IMG/VR virus record: IMGVR_UViG_3300034356_002097
Location: 1-36,783 of that record
Reading direction: 5' to 3' (one strand)
From: a virus
Lineage: Duplodnaviria > Caudoviricetes
DNA length: 36,783 nt
Shown: one piece after another, positions 35,610 through 36,783 of the stretch
Numbering within the stretch: the first letter of the stretch is position 1
How the letters are laid out: every line of letters begins with the position of its first letter
The notes under the pieces: model-generated
The model's database searches: none
Told to the model about the DNA's origin: nothing
Seen by the model: the letters and a program-made list of their open reading frames with translations, nothing else
Made by a program: the position numbers and the translations under genes

Positions 35610-36025
35610 GCTGCCTCCTGCGTGCGCGTGCGTGTGATTGTGTGTTTGCCGCCGTCGTCATAGGTGTAGTCCTCTCGGTAGCCGCTGTTGGTGCGCCACG
35701 TCAACACGCGGCCTGCATCGTCGCGAGTGTAGGCATACCAATGACCGTCGCTGTTGACGCACCTCGCTACGCGACCGTTGTGATCGTAGGTGTAGGCGTA
35801 CCAAAATCCGCTGCTGTCGCGGCACGTCACTACGCGGCCTGCATCGTCGCGAGTGTAGGCATACCAACGACCGTCGCTGTTGATGCACTTGACTACGCAG
35901 CCGTTGTGGTCGTATGTGTAAGCGTACCAAAATCCGGCTTTGTCGCGGTACGTCAACACGCGACCAGCCTTGTCGTAGGTATACCCAAGCGGGATTGTCA
36001 TCAGGTCAAAATTAGGGTCGATCAT
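35606..36025 (-). CDS. YD-like repeat protein copy B
   Basis: 139 aa, five 21-aa repeats YT(Y/R)D..GRV.....G.W.A. Confidence 0.85.
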   Translation of the reverse strand: MIDPNFDLMTIPLGYTYDKAGRVLTYRDKAGFWYAYTYDHNGCVVKCINSDGRWYAYTRDDAGRVVTCRDSSGFWYAYTYDHNGRVARCVNSDGHWYAYTRDDAGRVLTWRTNSGYREDYTYDDGGKHTITRTRTQEAA

Positions 36026-36252
36026 GCCGCCCCCTGCGTGCGCGTGCGTGTGATTGTGCATTTGCCTGCGACGTCGTAGGTGTAGTCATCTCGGCAGCCG
36101 TCGCTGTTGACGCACGTCACTACGCGACCGTTGATGTCGCGGAAGTAGACGTACCAAAATCCAGAGTCGTCGCGGTAGGCCAAAACGCGGCCAGCAGCGT
36201 CGCGGATGTACCCGAGCGGGATTTGTAGAGCGTCAAAATTAGGGTCGATCAT
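36022..36252 (-). CDS. YD-like repeat protein copy A
   Basis: 76 aa, two repeats; AAGGAGG RBS. Confidence 0.85.
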   Translation of the reverse strand: MIDPNFDALQIPLGYIRDAAGRVLAYRDDSGFWYVYFRDINGRVVTCVNSDGCRDDYTYDVAGKCTITRTRTQGAA

Positions 36253-36334
36253 GCTGCCTCCTTCCTATATCAGTGCGTCCCGCAGCGCGGGAATGGGCGG
36301 GTAGGGATATATAACCCTGCCCGCGTTTTTTTGG

Positions 36335-36643
36335 TTAAAAATGCGAGAGATTGCATTCGAGAACATAACGCACGTCGCCAAAATCCACAACTGACAGCGA
36401 GCGGCGTGCATCGCCGCGACGAGCTTGCATTTTTGAGTACGACACAAACGGGAATCCAGCGATGACCCCGTGGTTCGCCGTGCTTTTGTCAGCCCAGCCT
36501 TTGGCGCTGTCAATAATTTGATCAAGCGTTTCGCTGGTTTCGACAGCGTCGATCATCCATGTGCCGCCGTTGTAGTCTGCGTCGAACAGTTCGTTTTTGG
36601 TGGCGGCTGCGAATGCTGCGATGTTTTGTTGTGCGTTGTGCAT
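36335..36643 (-). CDS. Early hypothetical protein (MHNAQQN...)
   Basis: First gene after promoter cassette B, AGGAG RBS. Confidence 0.7.
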   Translation of the reverse strand: MHNAQQNIAAFAAATKNELFDADYNGGTWMIDAVETSETLDQIIDSAKGWADKSTANHGVIAGFPFVSYSKMQARRGDARRSLSVVDFGDVRYVLECNLSHF

Positions 36644-36753
36644 TTTAATCTCCTGCACCAAGCTCTGCGGTGCGCCAGATGGCTCAACGTGAGCCAATGT
36701 GTGTACTATACACACCTAATTTTGTATTGTCAACAGTTTTTTGCAAAATAATC
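36641..36753 (-). promoter_or_regulatory. Promoter-stem-loop-RBS cassette, copy B
   Basis: TTGACA (36733-36728)-N17-TATAGT (36710-36705), same two hairpins, AGGAG, ATG 36643. Confidence 0.8.
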
Positions 36754-36783
36754 TAATCATATTATGGTCGTCGCCAAAACACG
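36670..36783. repeat. Exact 114-bp terminal direct repeat (right copy)
   Basis: Identical to 1-114. Confidence 0.95.

Larger units (their letters stand above)
1..36783. mobile_element. Complete P22-like (podovirus-type) bacteriophage genome
   Basis: Terminase-portal-scaffold-coat-gp4-gp10-ejection-fibre-lysis order; no tape measure, sheath or host genes; overlapping ends. Confidence 0.9.

Noticed and set aside
34378-36262. CRISPR array or Rhs toxin locus
   Set aside because: The repeats are coding and in frame with no unique spacers or cas genes; the proteins are tiny and lack an Rhs core end or toxin domain.

Overview
The window is an apparently complete, circularly assembled ~36.67 kb dsDNA phage genome (bases 1-114 = 36670-36783). 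It has P22-like podovirus morphogenesis genes and lambdoid-style early genes; a proteobacterial host is inferred. There are four transcriptional blocks. (1) Late operon (+, 1008-23395): terminase, portal, scaffold, coat, glycosyltransferase, gp4/gp10-like tail proteins, ejection proteins, fibre, lysis. (2) Recombination operon (-, 23396-27177). (3) Cro/replication/methyltransferase operon (+, 27491-33188). (4) Accessory early operon (-, 33163-36643, continuing across the origin from 701) ending in a Q-like gene. I found no integrase, CI repressor, polymerase, reverse transcriptase, tRNA or CRISPR array. The strongest candidates for undescribed systems are a membrane-anchored precursor with three copies of the peptide GGPGEGPGGHP (all core changes synonymous), coupled to a 4-TM protein directly ahead of the lysis genes, and a shuffled array of four small YD-like repeat genes sharing a junction/RBS sequence. 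Also notable: duplicated promoter-stem-loop-RBS cassettes with a compensatory base pair, repeat-bounded domains and a recurring NALA motif in the putative injected proteins, and a nested alternative-frame ORF inside the C5 methyltransferase. All protein calls come from motif recognition and synteny by eye; no searches were run.
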